NCBI GenBank assembly: GCA_002869615.1
Contig: PKUH01000110.1
Span: 41,080 to 105,079, forward strand
DNA length: 64,000 nucleotides
Source: Desulfuromonas sp.
Lineage (GTDB): Bacteria > Desulfobacterota > Desulfuromonadia > Desulfuromonadales > UBA2294
Direction: 5' to 3'
Below are positions 48,790-57,888 of the stretch, one piece after another (the stretch's first letter is position 1; every line of letters begins with the position of its first letter). The position numbers and the translations under genes are program-made. The notes under the pieces are model-generated. The model ran no database searches. It was not told the DNA's origin and was given only the letters and a program-made list of their open reading frames with translations.

Positions 48790-49905
48790 ATGGACCGACT
48801 GCAGCCATCCATCAGCTCGACCCGCATCCCCCTGCCGCGCCACGACCTGGCCGACATGATCCGCCTGGTGCGGGCCCTGTTTCGACTGAGCCGTCTCCCC
48901 GACTACCGGCAATCGGTCTGGCCACTGGTTCCAGAAATCGCCCGCTTCAATCCCGGCCATGATGCTGTGATGATGGGCTACGATTTTCATCTCTCGGAAA
49001 ACGGCCCCCAACTGATCGAGGTCAACAACAATGCCGGCGGTGGCCTGCTCGCCTATCTTGCCTACCAGCCGGATGACAACCTTGCCTACGGCCGCTTGCC
49101 GGAGCGACTGCGCGAGCAGCTTGTTTTTTCATTTGCCGAAGAGATGCGTCGCTTTACCGGCGGCGATAAAACCTTGCCGCGCCGGATTGCCATCATCGAC
49201 GAAAATCCGGAAAAGCAATTTCTCTACCCGGAAATGGAAATCTTCCGTGATCTCTTTGCCGACTGGTGCAGCTGCTGTGCCACCATCGTCGACCCGGGTG
49301 AGCTCGAAGCGAGTGCCAGGGGGGTCTTTATCAAGGGGATGCCGGTCGATCTCATTTACAATCGACACTGCGATTTTTACCTCGAAACCGAGGTGATGTC
49401 CGGCATTCGCGACGCCTACCGCAACGGCACGGTCTGCCTCACACCGAATCCATTTACCTACGGTCTGCTGGCTGACAAAAGACGGCTCGCCAGCTGGACC
49501 AACCCGGACAGACTCAGGGAAACAGGCCTCGACGAGCGGAGCCGGGAAATTATCCTGCGCATGATTCCGGAGAGTCATATCATGAGCGATATGGACCTCG
49601 ATCAATTGTGGAGCGAGCGGAAGCAATGGGTTTTGAAGCCGGCCGTGCTGCATGCCAGCCGCGGTGTTCTGCTCGGCGCCAGTATCTCACGCAAACGGTT
49701 CAACGAATTCGTTCCCGAGGAGACGGTGGTGCAGCGATTTGTGCCGCCCAACCGGACCGAAACTGCAGACGGCAGCATGAAAACGGACTTCCGGCTCTTT
49801 GTCTACCGGCGGAGGGTTCTCGGGGTTTCGGCCCGGCTGTTTCAGGGACAAGTGACCAACCTGCGTACGGAGGGAGGCGGCTTTGCCGCGGTCGACCTGA
49901 TCTGA
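48790..49905 (+). CDS. glutathionylspermidine-synthase-like ATP-grasp family protein (YgiC/YjfC-like)
   Basis: Collinear resemblance to E. coli YgiC: DFHLSENGPQLIEVNNNAGG, WVLKPAVLHASRG, VVQRFVPP. The start is uncertain because ATG 48790 directly abuts the terminator U-tract and has no RBS. Confidence 0.5.
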   Translation: MDRLQPSISSTRIPLPRHDLADMIRLVRALFRLSRLPDYRQSVWPLVPEIARFNPGHDAVMMGYDFHLSENGPQLIEVNNNAGGGLLAYLAYQPDDNLAYGRLPERLREQLVFSFAEEMRRFTGGDKTLPRRIAIIDENPEKQFLYPEMEIFRDLFADWCSCCATIVDPGELEASARGVFIKGMPVDLIYNRHCDFYLETEVMSGIRDAYRNGTVCLTPNPFTYGLLADKRRLASWTNPDRLRETGLDERSREIILRMIPESHIMSDMDLDQLWSERKQWVLKPAVLHASRGVLLGASISRKRFNEFVPEETVVQRFVPPNRTETADGSMKTDFRLFVYRRRVLGVSARLFQGQVTNLRTEGGGFAAVDLI

Positions 49906-49966
49906 TATTTCGATAATAATCTACAGAATTACGTGAAGCCGGCTGCGGTCAGGAAGGATCGGAAAA

Positions 49967-50545
49967 ATGAAAGAAGCAGGGACGAATCGCTTTATGAACC
50001 GCCGAAAATTCTGCAAGTTGACTACACTCGGGCTGGTCGGATCCTGTTTTCCGGCACTCACCGCGGTCGCTGATCTATCCGCAGATTCCGAAAGGAGTCT
50101 CTCTTTTGTCCACCTGCATACCGGCGAGACACTGCAGCAAACGACTTACTGGAAAAACGGCAGGGCTCAAAAGGCTTCAATCGAGCGGATTTTCCATATT
50201 TTACGCGACCACCGGACCGATGAGATTGCACCGATCGATATTGCCCTGCTCGACCAATTGAATCTCCTTAATCGCGCCCTCAGCCACTCAGGCCCCCTGC
50301 ATGTCATCTCCGGTTTCCGGTCAGAATCGACCAATCTCTACCTGCGGCAAAAGAGTCAGGGCGGCGGCGTTGCCAAGAGCTCCCTGCATATGGAAGGGCG
50401 GGCTATCGATATCCGCGTTCCCGGATTCACCACCGGAGAGATCTTCGAGGCCGCCGCATCAATGAAGCAGGGGGGCGTCGGCTATTACCCGGGCCTCAAG
50501 TTTGTTCACATGGATACCGGACCGATCAAATCCTGGAGCGGTTAG
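49967..50545 (+). CDS. mepK: DUF882 / peptidase M15A murein endopeptidase (YcbK/MepK-like), Tat signal
   Basis: NRRKFCKLTTLG (twin-Arg), LHTGE, ISGFRS..TN, H.EGRAIDI and GGVGYYPGLKFVHMDTGP. The real start is probably ATG 49994. Confidence 0.8.
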   Translation: MKEAGTNRFMNRRKFCKLTTLGLVGSCFPALTAVADLSADSERSLSFVHLHTGETLQQTTYWKNGRAQKASIERIFHILRDHRTDEIAPIDIALLDQLNLLNRALSHSGPLHVISGFRSESTNLYLRQKSQGGGVAKSSLHMEGRAIDIRVPGFTTGEIFEAAASMKQGGVGYYPGLKFVHMDTGPIKSWSG

Positions 50546-50661
50546 ATTTTTGTGGGATTAGACATTAAGTGAGCTTGAATCAACAACATAAATCCCTCAA
50601 AGCACAAAGGTCGCCTGTATATCTTTCTTATATGTCGTGATTTGCGGAAAAGTTTTTAAAC

Positions 50662-51600
50662 TCAATCAAACTTGACCTCAAAAGTCACACCATGTTTACC
50701 ACCTTCCAATTTAATGGCATGTTCATCTACGTTATAGCCACATAAATAGCAAAGCATAAATCTAATAGCTTCCCCAACAAGCTTGGGAATTTTATCTTTA
50801 TCATCAATTATTGGTTCCATCCAGTCTGCGTTAATAGTCTCTCTGTTGATGATTCCATCATGTGCTACAGCATTTCTTAGCTTAACTAAGACATCAACAA
50901 CGTCCTTATCTTCGGGCAATTCAATCGCCAAGCTAGTCAGCAACTGATTATAAATACCGTGTAATTTATATTCATCATAGAGCTGTCTAATTCTTTCAGC
51001 CAAAGTACCTTGATAGGTATCAGAGGCTTCTTCAAGTAATATGAGTTGAAACAATATTCTGTTATCTATGTCACTTTCTCTCACCGATGCCCTATAAAGG
51101 CTGAGCAAGGTAGATATCTTCGCGCTACTTTGAGCTGCCTTTTCAAAATATGGGAAGATTTCTAAAAAACCTGGAACATTTGTGGAGTGCCTTATAATTC
51201 GATCATTGGGAAAAGCAAAGTCTACTCCAGAATCCCCGGGTCTACTCGCAAACGAACAAAGCAAATTCACAGGATTTGCAGAAACGACTGATAATGCTTT
51301 AGCAATATTCTCAGCACTTTGTTTATTGATGTTAATTGCTTCTGCTACTGAATTTGCTTCAATATCTTCGTAAGAAACAAGAATACTTTGACCAACTTTT
51401 TTGAAATTCTCTTTCGCGGTCTCCACGTTTTTGTTTGAGAAGCTAAAACCAGACTGCTTTAACAATTCTTTAGCGTTATGGATCTCACCCTTTGCGCCCG
51501 TTGAGGCAAGTGGTATTACTGAAACTTTTTCAGATACTTGAAGCGTTTTTTGTATAAAACAGCGTGTAAAGATAAATCCAACCCTGTAAAAATTCTCCAC
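50662..51600 (-). CDS. hypothetical protein with C-terminal HEPN-type Rx4H motif (Abi-like), in AT-rich islet
   Basis: VKLRNAVAHDG (R-N-x-x-A-H) lies ~70 aa from the C-terminus, in a helical context. I prefer GTG 51600, 8 nt after AAGGAGG, over the listed TTG 51663. Base composition is far more AT-rich than the flanks. Confidence 0.55.
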   Translation of the reverse strand: MENFYRVGFIFTRCFIQKTLQVSEKVSVIPLASTGAKGEIHNAKELLKQSGFSFSNKNVETAKENFKKVGQSILVSYEDIEANSVAEAININKQSAENIAKALSVVSANPVNLLCSFASRPGDSGVDFAFPNDRIIRHSTNVPGFLEIFPYFEKAAQSSAKISTLLSLYRASVRESDIDNRILFQLILLEEASDTYQGTLAERIRQLYDEYKLHGIYNQLLTSLAIELPEDKDVVDVLVKLRNAVAHDGIINRETINADWMEPIIDDKDKIPKLVGEAIRFMLCYLCGYNVDEHAIKLEGGKHGVTFEVKFD

Positions 51601-51725
51601 TTTAATGCCCTCCTTAAGAAAGAAAAACCACCCTGCGAACAGAATGGTTTCAATCGAGCCCAATTACCCCCTCCGTATATCAGATTCTTAAAAACCTACA
51701 TAAATTATAAAACACAATGTAGCCG

Positions 51726-51759
51726 AATAAAAAGGAACGGTCAAACAAGTGACCGTTCC
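51726..51759 (-). terminator. rho-independent terminator (minus strand), downstream of the PEBP gene
   Basis: GGAACGGTCA-CTTGTT-TGACCGTTCC followed by TTTTTATT, read on the minus strand. Confidence 0.7.
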
Positions 51760-51952
51760 CATAATTCCTCATATTTCTAATGAAAGGCTGAATCACCATC
51801 AATTCAGATCTTTCCTATAACTCCTGCATTCCAGGGACACCGAGACCCCAAAGAATGAGTGGCCACATGTCGTCAAAAGATGCCAAAACAGGAAAGCAGA
51901 ACCAGCGCCCCTGGCAAGAGGATACTTAAACTGTCCCAATGTTCCTGACTAA

Positions 51953-52498
51953 TCAACGCCCAAAGTGTGCAGTTAAAAAGGCTCTACCTAATACACCCGC
52001 ACCAAACATATTAAATTGGCAGACAGTAGGTGTGGTCTCAGCATCAATTGTTAGCGTCTCAACTGGCAAGGCAGAAACGCAGAAAATATAACGATGCTTG
52101 CCGTGCCCAGGCGGTGGTGCTGCGCCACAGAAGCCAGCAAAACCCGCATCATTTTTTAGCATTTTTGCACCTTCAGGAAGTAACGAGCCGTCAGGGTTGC
52201 CAGCGCCAGTGGCTAAAGAGGTTATTGAGGCGGGTATGTCGTAAACAGTCCAGTGCCAGAAGCCACTAACCGTTGGCGCATCCGGATCGTAGCAGGTGAC
52301 TACGAAGGATTTTGTCCCTTCTGGAAAGCCTGACCAACTGAGCGAGGGGGAGATGTCTTCACCGCCATCAACACCGAATGCCTTACTTAATTGCGGTGGC
52401 GGCATGGTGCCACCATCTTCAATATCTGTGGATGTAACCTTGAATAATGGTGCTTCTGGTAGTGAATCATAGGTGTTGTAGTTAAAGGGTGCGCTCAT
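51953..52498 (-). CDS. YbhB/YbcL-family (PEBP/Raf-kinase-inhibitor-like) protein
   Basis: CYDPDAPT, FWHW.VYDIP and GHGKHRYIF motifs. Confidence 0.82.
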   Translation of the reverse strand: MSAPFNYNTYDSLPEAPLFKVTSTDIEDGGTMPPPQLSKAFGVDGGEDISPSLSWSGFPEGTKSFVVTCYDPDAPTVSGFWHWTVYDIPASITSLATGAGNPDGSLLPEGAKMLKNDAGFAGFCGAAPPPGHGKHRYIFCVSALPVETLTIDAETTPTVCQFNMFGAGVLGRAFLTAHFGR

Positions 52499-52828
52499 GA
52501 TATTCTCTCCTTAAGTGTGCAGTATCATTGACAAGGAATCATTTTTCAACGGATTGGGCCACTCGCCCCGAGCGGTCGGCCTGGAGATCAGTTTATTGCA
52601 AAAATTGTAGTCGAAGCAGTTTTTTTGTCAAGGCTGACTCCCGGCATTATCAAGTCGTGAGTATTTGATTAATCAAGCTGCATTCTTTTGATGTGACCAG
52701 ATTGGCTGCGAAATGCTTGCTGATCCTGCAATTCAAGAAAGCCAAATGCTTCCTGGTTGGCTATAAGCAGTTGCTTTAATTAATTGTTATCTCATTTTTA
52801 ACTTATTCGACAATTTTATTACTTAAAA

Positions 52829-53623
52829 TCAATCCATTGTCACCGGTACTGGCCGCAGAATAATCTCGATCCGGCGGTTTTTACTACGCCCTTCCGGAGT
52901 GTCGTTGCTTTCGACCGGGCTGTTTTCACCGAAGGAGATGGCCAGGAGCTGCTCTGGAGGAACCCCCTCCTTCTCAAGCAACCGAACCACGCTGGCCGCC
53001 CTTGCCCCAGCCAACTCCCAGTTGGTCGGATACTTCTCCTGCAGTTTACCGCTGATGGCGACATTGTCGGTAAAGCCGGCAACAACGGTCTGGTAGGGGT
53101 TGTCCTTGAGATCTCCGGCCGCCCGCGTCAGGACCTCGATCCCCATCTCGTTAAGATCGGCTGAACCGGAGGGGAAGAGGATCTCGTTGGCGAGGTTCAC
53201 CTTGACCCCCGACTTCATCATCTCGATCTTCACCTGGTTCGCTTCCTGCTCCTTGGCGAAGGTCGTCTGCAGGTTCTGGTACACCTGCTGCTGGCGGTCG
53301 AGCTCGGCCTGGGCCGCCGCCGCTTCCGCCGCCGCCAGCTGCTTCTGGCGTTCGATTTCGGCAAGCGCCATCTCCATCTGCGCTTTTTCTTCCATCAAAT
53401 CCTGCTTCTCGGCCGCGAGACGTTCCTTTTCGGCTTCCATTGCCGCCTTCTCGACTTCGACGGCCGCCTTAGCCGCGGCGACGCTGTCTCTTTCCTGGAC
53501 CATCTCCTCGTACGTCCCCGTGGAGACACATCCGGACACTAGCAGCGTTGCAAACAGGAATAATAATGTCAGGAGAACCTTCCTCGACCATGGCTGTTGA
53601 GCAATCTTGAAATCAGGTAACAT
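52829..53623 (-). CDS. OmpA/MotB-domain lipoprotein with long coiled coil
   Basis: Lipobox LLVSGC, an A/E/Q-rich coiled coil, and a C-terminal OmpA-like domain (FPSGSADL...NRRIEI). Confidence 0.82.
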   Translation of the reverse strand: MLPDFKIAQQPWSRKVLLTLLFLFATLLVSGCVSTGTYEEMVQERDSVAAAKAAVEVEKAAMEAEKERLAAEKQDLMEEKAQMEMALAEIERQKQLAAAEAAAAQAELDRQQQVYQNLQTTFAKEQEANQVKIEMMKSGVKVNLANEILFPSGSADLNEMGIEVLTRAAGDLKDNPYQTVVAGFTDNVAISGKLQEKYPTNWELAGARAASVVRLLEKEGVPPEQLLAISFGENSPVESNDTPEGRSKNRRIEIILRPVPVTMD

Positions 53624-53774
53624 CTTTTCCTCCCCTTATCTTGATTATCCAATTTGAACGGTCACGCATTGACCGGTCGCACGCCTTCAAGTTTACCGCT
53701 GACTCCGGCAACGTCAATGGCATTAGTGCAGCAGGAGTGATTTCCGATATACTTAATTAAAAAGGAAAATTTCG

Positions 53775-54134
53775 ATGAAGTGCCTCTTCTTGCTGTTACC
53801 GATTCTGGTCGCCCAGCTTGCCTGGGCCGGTGAAGTTGATGTAATCGAGGTCGATGCGACCCGAACCGGAGTCGGCGAATACCGCTTTGATGTCACTCTG
53901 CGTCACTCCGACAAGGGCTGGGACCATTATGCCGACCGATGGGAGATCCTGACCAGCGACAACACGATGCTGGCGACACGGACCCTTTACCACCCGCATG
54001 TCGAGGAACAGCCTTTCACGCGCAGTCTCGGCAATGTCAGAATTCCGGCCGAAGTGATAACGGTTAAAATCCGGGGTCATGATTCCGTCCATGGCTATGG
54101 CGGAAAGGAAATGACTGTCAAAATCCCGCAATAA
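53775..54134 (+). CDS. small secreted hypothetical protein
   Basis: Signal peptide MKCLFLLLPILVAQLAWA. No recognisable domain. Confidence 0.5.
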   Translation: MKCLFLLLPILVAQLAWAGEVDVIEVDATRTGVGEYRFDVTLRHSDKGWDHYADRWEILTSDNTMLATRTLYHPHVEEQPFTRSLGNVRIPAEVITVKIRGHDSVHGYGGKEMTVKIPQ

Positions 54135-56108
54135 TTATCCCGTGGCCTGCAGAAACTCGCGAGCCCGGGTGATCGCCTCCTGCTCACCGAGCAGGATCAG
54201 GGTATCTCCGCCTTCGAGCACCTGGTCGGGTGTCATGCCGTAGTCGGTTTCGTCGTTGCGGACCAGCCCGAGGACCGTCGCTCCGGTTTTGGCCCGGAAG
54301 TCAAGCTCGGCAAGTGATTTATTGAGGCAGGTTGCGGTTTCCGGAATCCTGACGAATTCAATCCGGCCGCCCTGCAGCGCCGAGAGGTGATCCGACAGAT
54401 CGGCACCGGAGGCCGCCGGCTGCAGCAGCGCATCGTAATGCTCCTTGCGCAACCGGGACGCAATCTGCAGAATACGTCCTTCCGGCGTCTTGAAACGCCG
54501 CAGCAGGGTTGTTGCCAGCTGCAGACTCGCTTCGACTTCGTCCGGAATCACTTCATCGGCACCGGCATCAAACAGTTCCTCCATCTCCAGAACAAACCGG
54601 GTCCGGACCAGGATATAGAGCTCGGGGCTGAAGCTGCGACAGGCCCGCACGATCCGGATCAGGGACGAGGGGTCATTGATTGCAACGACCATGGCGTCGG
54701 CCCGGTCGAGATGTGCCGCGTGCAGAACCGCCGGCGATGCGGCATCACCGAAGATGATCGACTCGCCGGCGGCGCGGCCCCGGCGAACAACCTCGCTGTT
54801 CATCTCGATATGTATATAGGGCCGTTCCTCCTCACGCAGAACCCGCGAGACTCCGCGCCCCGAGATACCGTACCCGGCTATAACAACGTGGCCGGTCGTA
54901 TCTGCAACTGAATCCTCTGTTTCCGAATCTGGTTCGGGACGGCCACCGAAACGATCGGCGATAAAGTTGGCCGCAACCGCTGCCTTCGGAATTACCAGGG
55001 GCGTTGCCAGCATGGTCAGGGCGACAATCGACAAAAGGCTCTGGTAAATATGATCGGGGAACACCTCGAGCATTGATGCCTGGCGCAACAGGACAAAAGA
55101 AAACTCACCCCCCTGAAAGAGCAGGAAACCGCAGAGCAGGCAGGTGCGCAGAGGGAACCGGGTCCATATTGCAGCGAGACTACCGGCGAGAAACTTGACC
55201 AAGACAAACAACAGCGTGAGGCCAAGAAGAACTTCCCAGGACTGAACCAGGACATCGAGATTGACGAACATTCCCATCGCGATGAAAAAGATTGCCATGA
55301 ACGCATCGCGAAACGGAATGATGTCGGAAAGGGCCTGATGCGAGTAATCGGATTCTGCCAGGGACAAACCGGCGAGAAAAGCCCCCAGCTCGAGAGACAG
55401 GCCGGCGAGATGGGTCAACCAGGCGGTACCGAGAACCAGCACGAGGACGGTCAGCCTGAACAGCTCGGCTGACCGGATCTGCATCAGTTTTCGTAAAAAA
55501 GGCCGCAACAGGTAGCGGGCCATGACAAAAAGAGCGACAAGAATCAGGGCCGAACGGAGCAGGGCGAACCGGTTGATCGATATTTCGCCGCTGGCAGCAA
55601 TGAACGGCAGCAACACGATAAAGAGAATAACGCAGAAGTCCTGAAACAACAGGATGGCCAGAACGGTGCGCCCATGCGCCGAATCGACCTCGAACCGCTC
55701 CTGCAAAATGCGCAAGACGATCGCTGTCGATGAGATCGCCAGAGCGAAGCCGACGACGATCGCCGAGCGCAAAGGCAGCCCGAATAACAGGGCGAAAACA
55801 AAGATCAAACCGCCGCTCAACAGGATCTGGGTCGTCCCGCTTTTGAACATGAGGTCCTTGAGCATCAGAATGCGGCGAAACGAGAATTCAAGCCCGATCG
55901 TAAAAAGCAGAAGAATGACGCCGATTTCAGCCATGGTGTCAACTTCATCGATACTGCTGATCAGGTGCAACCCGAACGGTCCGACCAGGCAGCCGGTCAA
56001 CAGATAACCGATAATCGGCGACAACTTGATCCGGGTGAAGATGTAGGCATTGACGATCGCCAGAAGCAGCAGAAGCAGAAGATCCTGAAGTACGCTCAAG
56101 TCATGCAT
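54135..56108 (-). CDS. CPA2-family monovalent cation:proton antiporter with RCK (TrkA-N/TrkA-C) domains (KefB/C-like)
   Basis: Na_H_exchanger membrane domain, GYGISGRG Rossmann motif, and a TrkA-C tail. I prefer the start at MHDLSVLQ (56108). The listed ORF begins at 56132. Confidence 0.82.
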   Translation of the reverse strand: MHDLSVLQDLLLLLLLAIVNAYIFTRIKLSPIIGYLLTGCLVGPFGLHLISSIDEVDTMAEIGVILLLFTIGLEFSFRRILMLKDLMFKSGTTQILLSGGLIFVFALLFGLPLRSAIVVGFALAISSTAIVLRILQERFEVDSAHGRTVLAILLFQDFCVILFIVLLPFIAASGEISINRFALLRSALILVALFVMARYLLRPFLRKLMQIRSAELFRLTVLVLVLGTAWLTHLAGLSLELGAFLAGLSLAESDYSHQALSDIIPFRDAFMAIFFIAMGMFVNLDVLVQSWEVLLGLTLLFVLVKFLAGSLAAIWTRFPLRTCLLCGFLLFQGGEFSFVLLRQASMLEVFPDHIYQSLLSIVALTMLATPLVIPKAAVAANFIADRFGGRPEPDSETEDSVADTTGHVVIAGYGISGRGVSRVLREEERPYIHIEMNSEVVRRGRAAGESIIFGDAASPAVLHAAHLDRADAMVVAINDPSSLIRIVRACRSFSPELYILVRTRFVLEMEELFDAGADEVIPDEVEASLQLATTLLRRFKTPEGRILQIASRLRKEHYDALLQPAASGADLSDHLSALQGGRIEFVRIPETATCLNKSLAELDFRAKTGATVLGLVRNDETDYGMTPDQVLEGGDTLILLGEQEAITRAREFLQATG

Positions 56109-56214
56109 GGAATAAAACTCCGGAAGAGGCATTAGTATTATTCAATTAATTTTTTCAGTTTAGCAGATCGTGCTAAAGTTGTAACAGGAAACCTGAGGCA
56201 AGGATTGTCAAACT

Positions 56215-56922
56215 ATGAGAAAACTTCTGATCATCAAATGTGGCAGCACCATCCCGGAGCTGGTTGCTCGCAAGGGCGACTTCGAGGACTGGATCATCAG
56301 CGGCACCGGCCTCGATCGCAGCAAAGTTGTCACGGTTAATGTCGAGCAGGAAGAACCTCTGGCAGCGCCCGATGAGTTCTCCGGTGTCATTATCACCGGC
56401 TCACACGCCATGGTCACCGATCATCTCCCATGGAGCGAAGAAACTGCAGACTGGCTCCGGCAGGCCCACAACCGGATCCCGATCCTCGGCATCTGCTACG
56501 GACACCAGCTGCTCGGATATGCTCTCGGCGGCCGGGTCGCCGATAACCCGGAGGGTCGGGAGATGGGGACCATGTCAATCCGGTTCACCGCAGCGGCTGC
56601 TGCAGACCGGCTCCTTTCGATCCTGCCGGAAAGCATTCAGGCCCAGACCAGTCACCAGCAGTCGCTGATCGAGCTGCCACCACAGGCGATACTGCTCGGG
56701 CAGAGTGAACGCGAGCCACATCATGCTTTCCGGATCGGGCAGGCCAGCTGGGGCGTTCAGTTCCATCCTGAATTCGATGCCGACATTACCAGGACCTACA
56801 TCGACTTCTGTGCCGAGTTGCTGCAGGCGGAGGGGCAGAACCCGGCCACCCTGAAAGCGGAGTGTCGCGAATCCGGGGCGGGGCACCTCCTTCTGCAAGG
56901 ATTTGCCGGTATGCTGATATGA
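56215..56922 (+). CDS. class-I glutamine amidotransferase-like protein
   Basis: ILGICYGHQLL nucleophile elbow and a downstream HPE motif. Confidence 0.75.
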   Translation: MRKLLIIKCGSTIPELVARKGDFEDWIISGTGLDRSKVVTVNVEQEEPLAAPDEFSGVIITGSHAMVTDHLPWSEETADWLRQAHNRIPILGICYGHQLLGYALGGRVADNPEGREMGTMSIRFTAAAAADRLLSILPESIQAQTSHQQSLIELPPQAILLGQSEREPHHAFRIGQASWGVQFHPEFDADITRTYIDFCAELLQAEGQNPATLKAECRESGAGHLLLQGFAGMLI

Positions 56923-57794
56923 CCCGGGGGATGAGTGAGCATACCCGCGGATTGCTGTTGACCCTGACCGCTGTGTTCGTGCTGAGCCCGGACGCCCTGC
57001 TGGTCCGGCTGATTTCGGCTGACAACGCAACCCTGCTGTTCTGGCGGGGGCTCCTCTCCGGCGGGACACTCTACCTTTTACTGTTTTTCATTTATCGCAA
57101 AAGATTATTCAGTATGGTCCGGGAGCCGGGTTGGCTCGGTCTTGTGGCGGCGCTCAACATTATGCTGGGCAATATCTTTTTTGTCATGTCTCTGCGTATG
57201 ACCCTGGCGGCCAACACGCTGGTCATCCTCGCCTCAATCCCGTTGCTGGCAGCACTCGGCACCCGCATCTTTCTCGGGGAAACGATTCTTCGCCGGACCT
57301 GGATCGCGATTACCGTTGCTTTTATCGGCATCCTGACCCTTTTCTCGGGGAGCATCGGTCAGCAGAGCCTGCTGGGTGACCTGCTCGCTTTCTGCGCCGC
57401 CTGCAGCTGGGCCGGAAATCTGGTTATTATCCGCAAGCTGCGCCCCCTGAACATGATCCCGGTCAACGCCATCGGCAACCTTCTGGTTGCTCCGTTCGCG
57501 TTATTGATCAATGCCCAGCCGTTTGCTGTTTCGGCCGATGACTTCATCCTGCTGTTGATTCTCGGCGTCCTGGTACTGCCGATCGCCTATTCACTGCTCA
57601 CCCTGGCGCCCCGGCTGCTCCCGGCCCCGGAGGTCAGCCTCACCATGTTGCTCGAAACGTTCCTCGGACCGTTTTGGGTCTGGCTGATCATCCACGAATC
57701 GCCGACACTGGCAACTCTGGCCGGGGGCATCCTTATCCTCGGAACCCTGATGATCCACACCGTTATCGGCATGCGAAAATATCGGCCCGCCTGA
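56919..57794 (+). CDS. DMT-superfamily (EamA) transporter
   Basis: 10-TM protein with a duplicated EamA pattern. ATG 56919 overlaps the upstream stop (ATGA). Confidence 0.78.
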   Translation: MTRGMSEHTRGLLLTLTAVFVLSPDALLVRLISADNATLLFWRGLLSGGTLYLLLFFIYRKRLFSMVREPGWLGLVAALNIMLGNIFFVMSLRMTLAANTLVILASIPLLAALGTRIFLGETILRRTWIAITVAFIGILTLFSGSIGQQSLLGDLLAFCAACSWAGNLVIIRKLRPLNMIPVNAIGNLLVAPFALLINAQPFAVSADDFILLLILGVLVLPIAYSLLTLAPRLLPAPEVSLTMLLETFLGPFWVWLIIHESPTLATLAGGILILGTLMIHTVIGMRKYRPA

Positions 57795-57888
57795 CCGGAT
57801 AATTTTCTTAACTTGACATAAAAGCCTGTCATGCCAGATAGTTGAAATTCTTGCGCACCGAATCTGTTGCATTGAGGCAAAGGCCTGC

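Noticed and set aside
50550-52830. A bona fide integrated mobile element (genomic island with integrase, att sites or a tRNA target).
   Set aside because: I found no integrase or transposase gene, no tRNA, and no flanking direct repeats. Only the compositional shift supports foreign origin.
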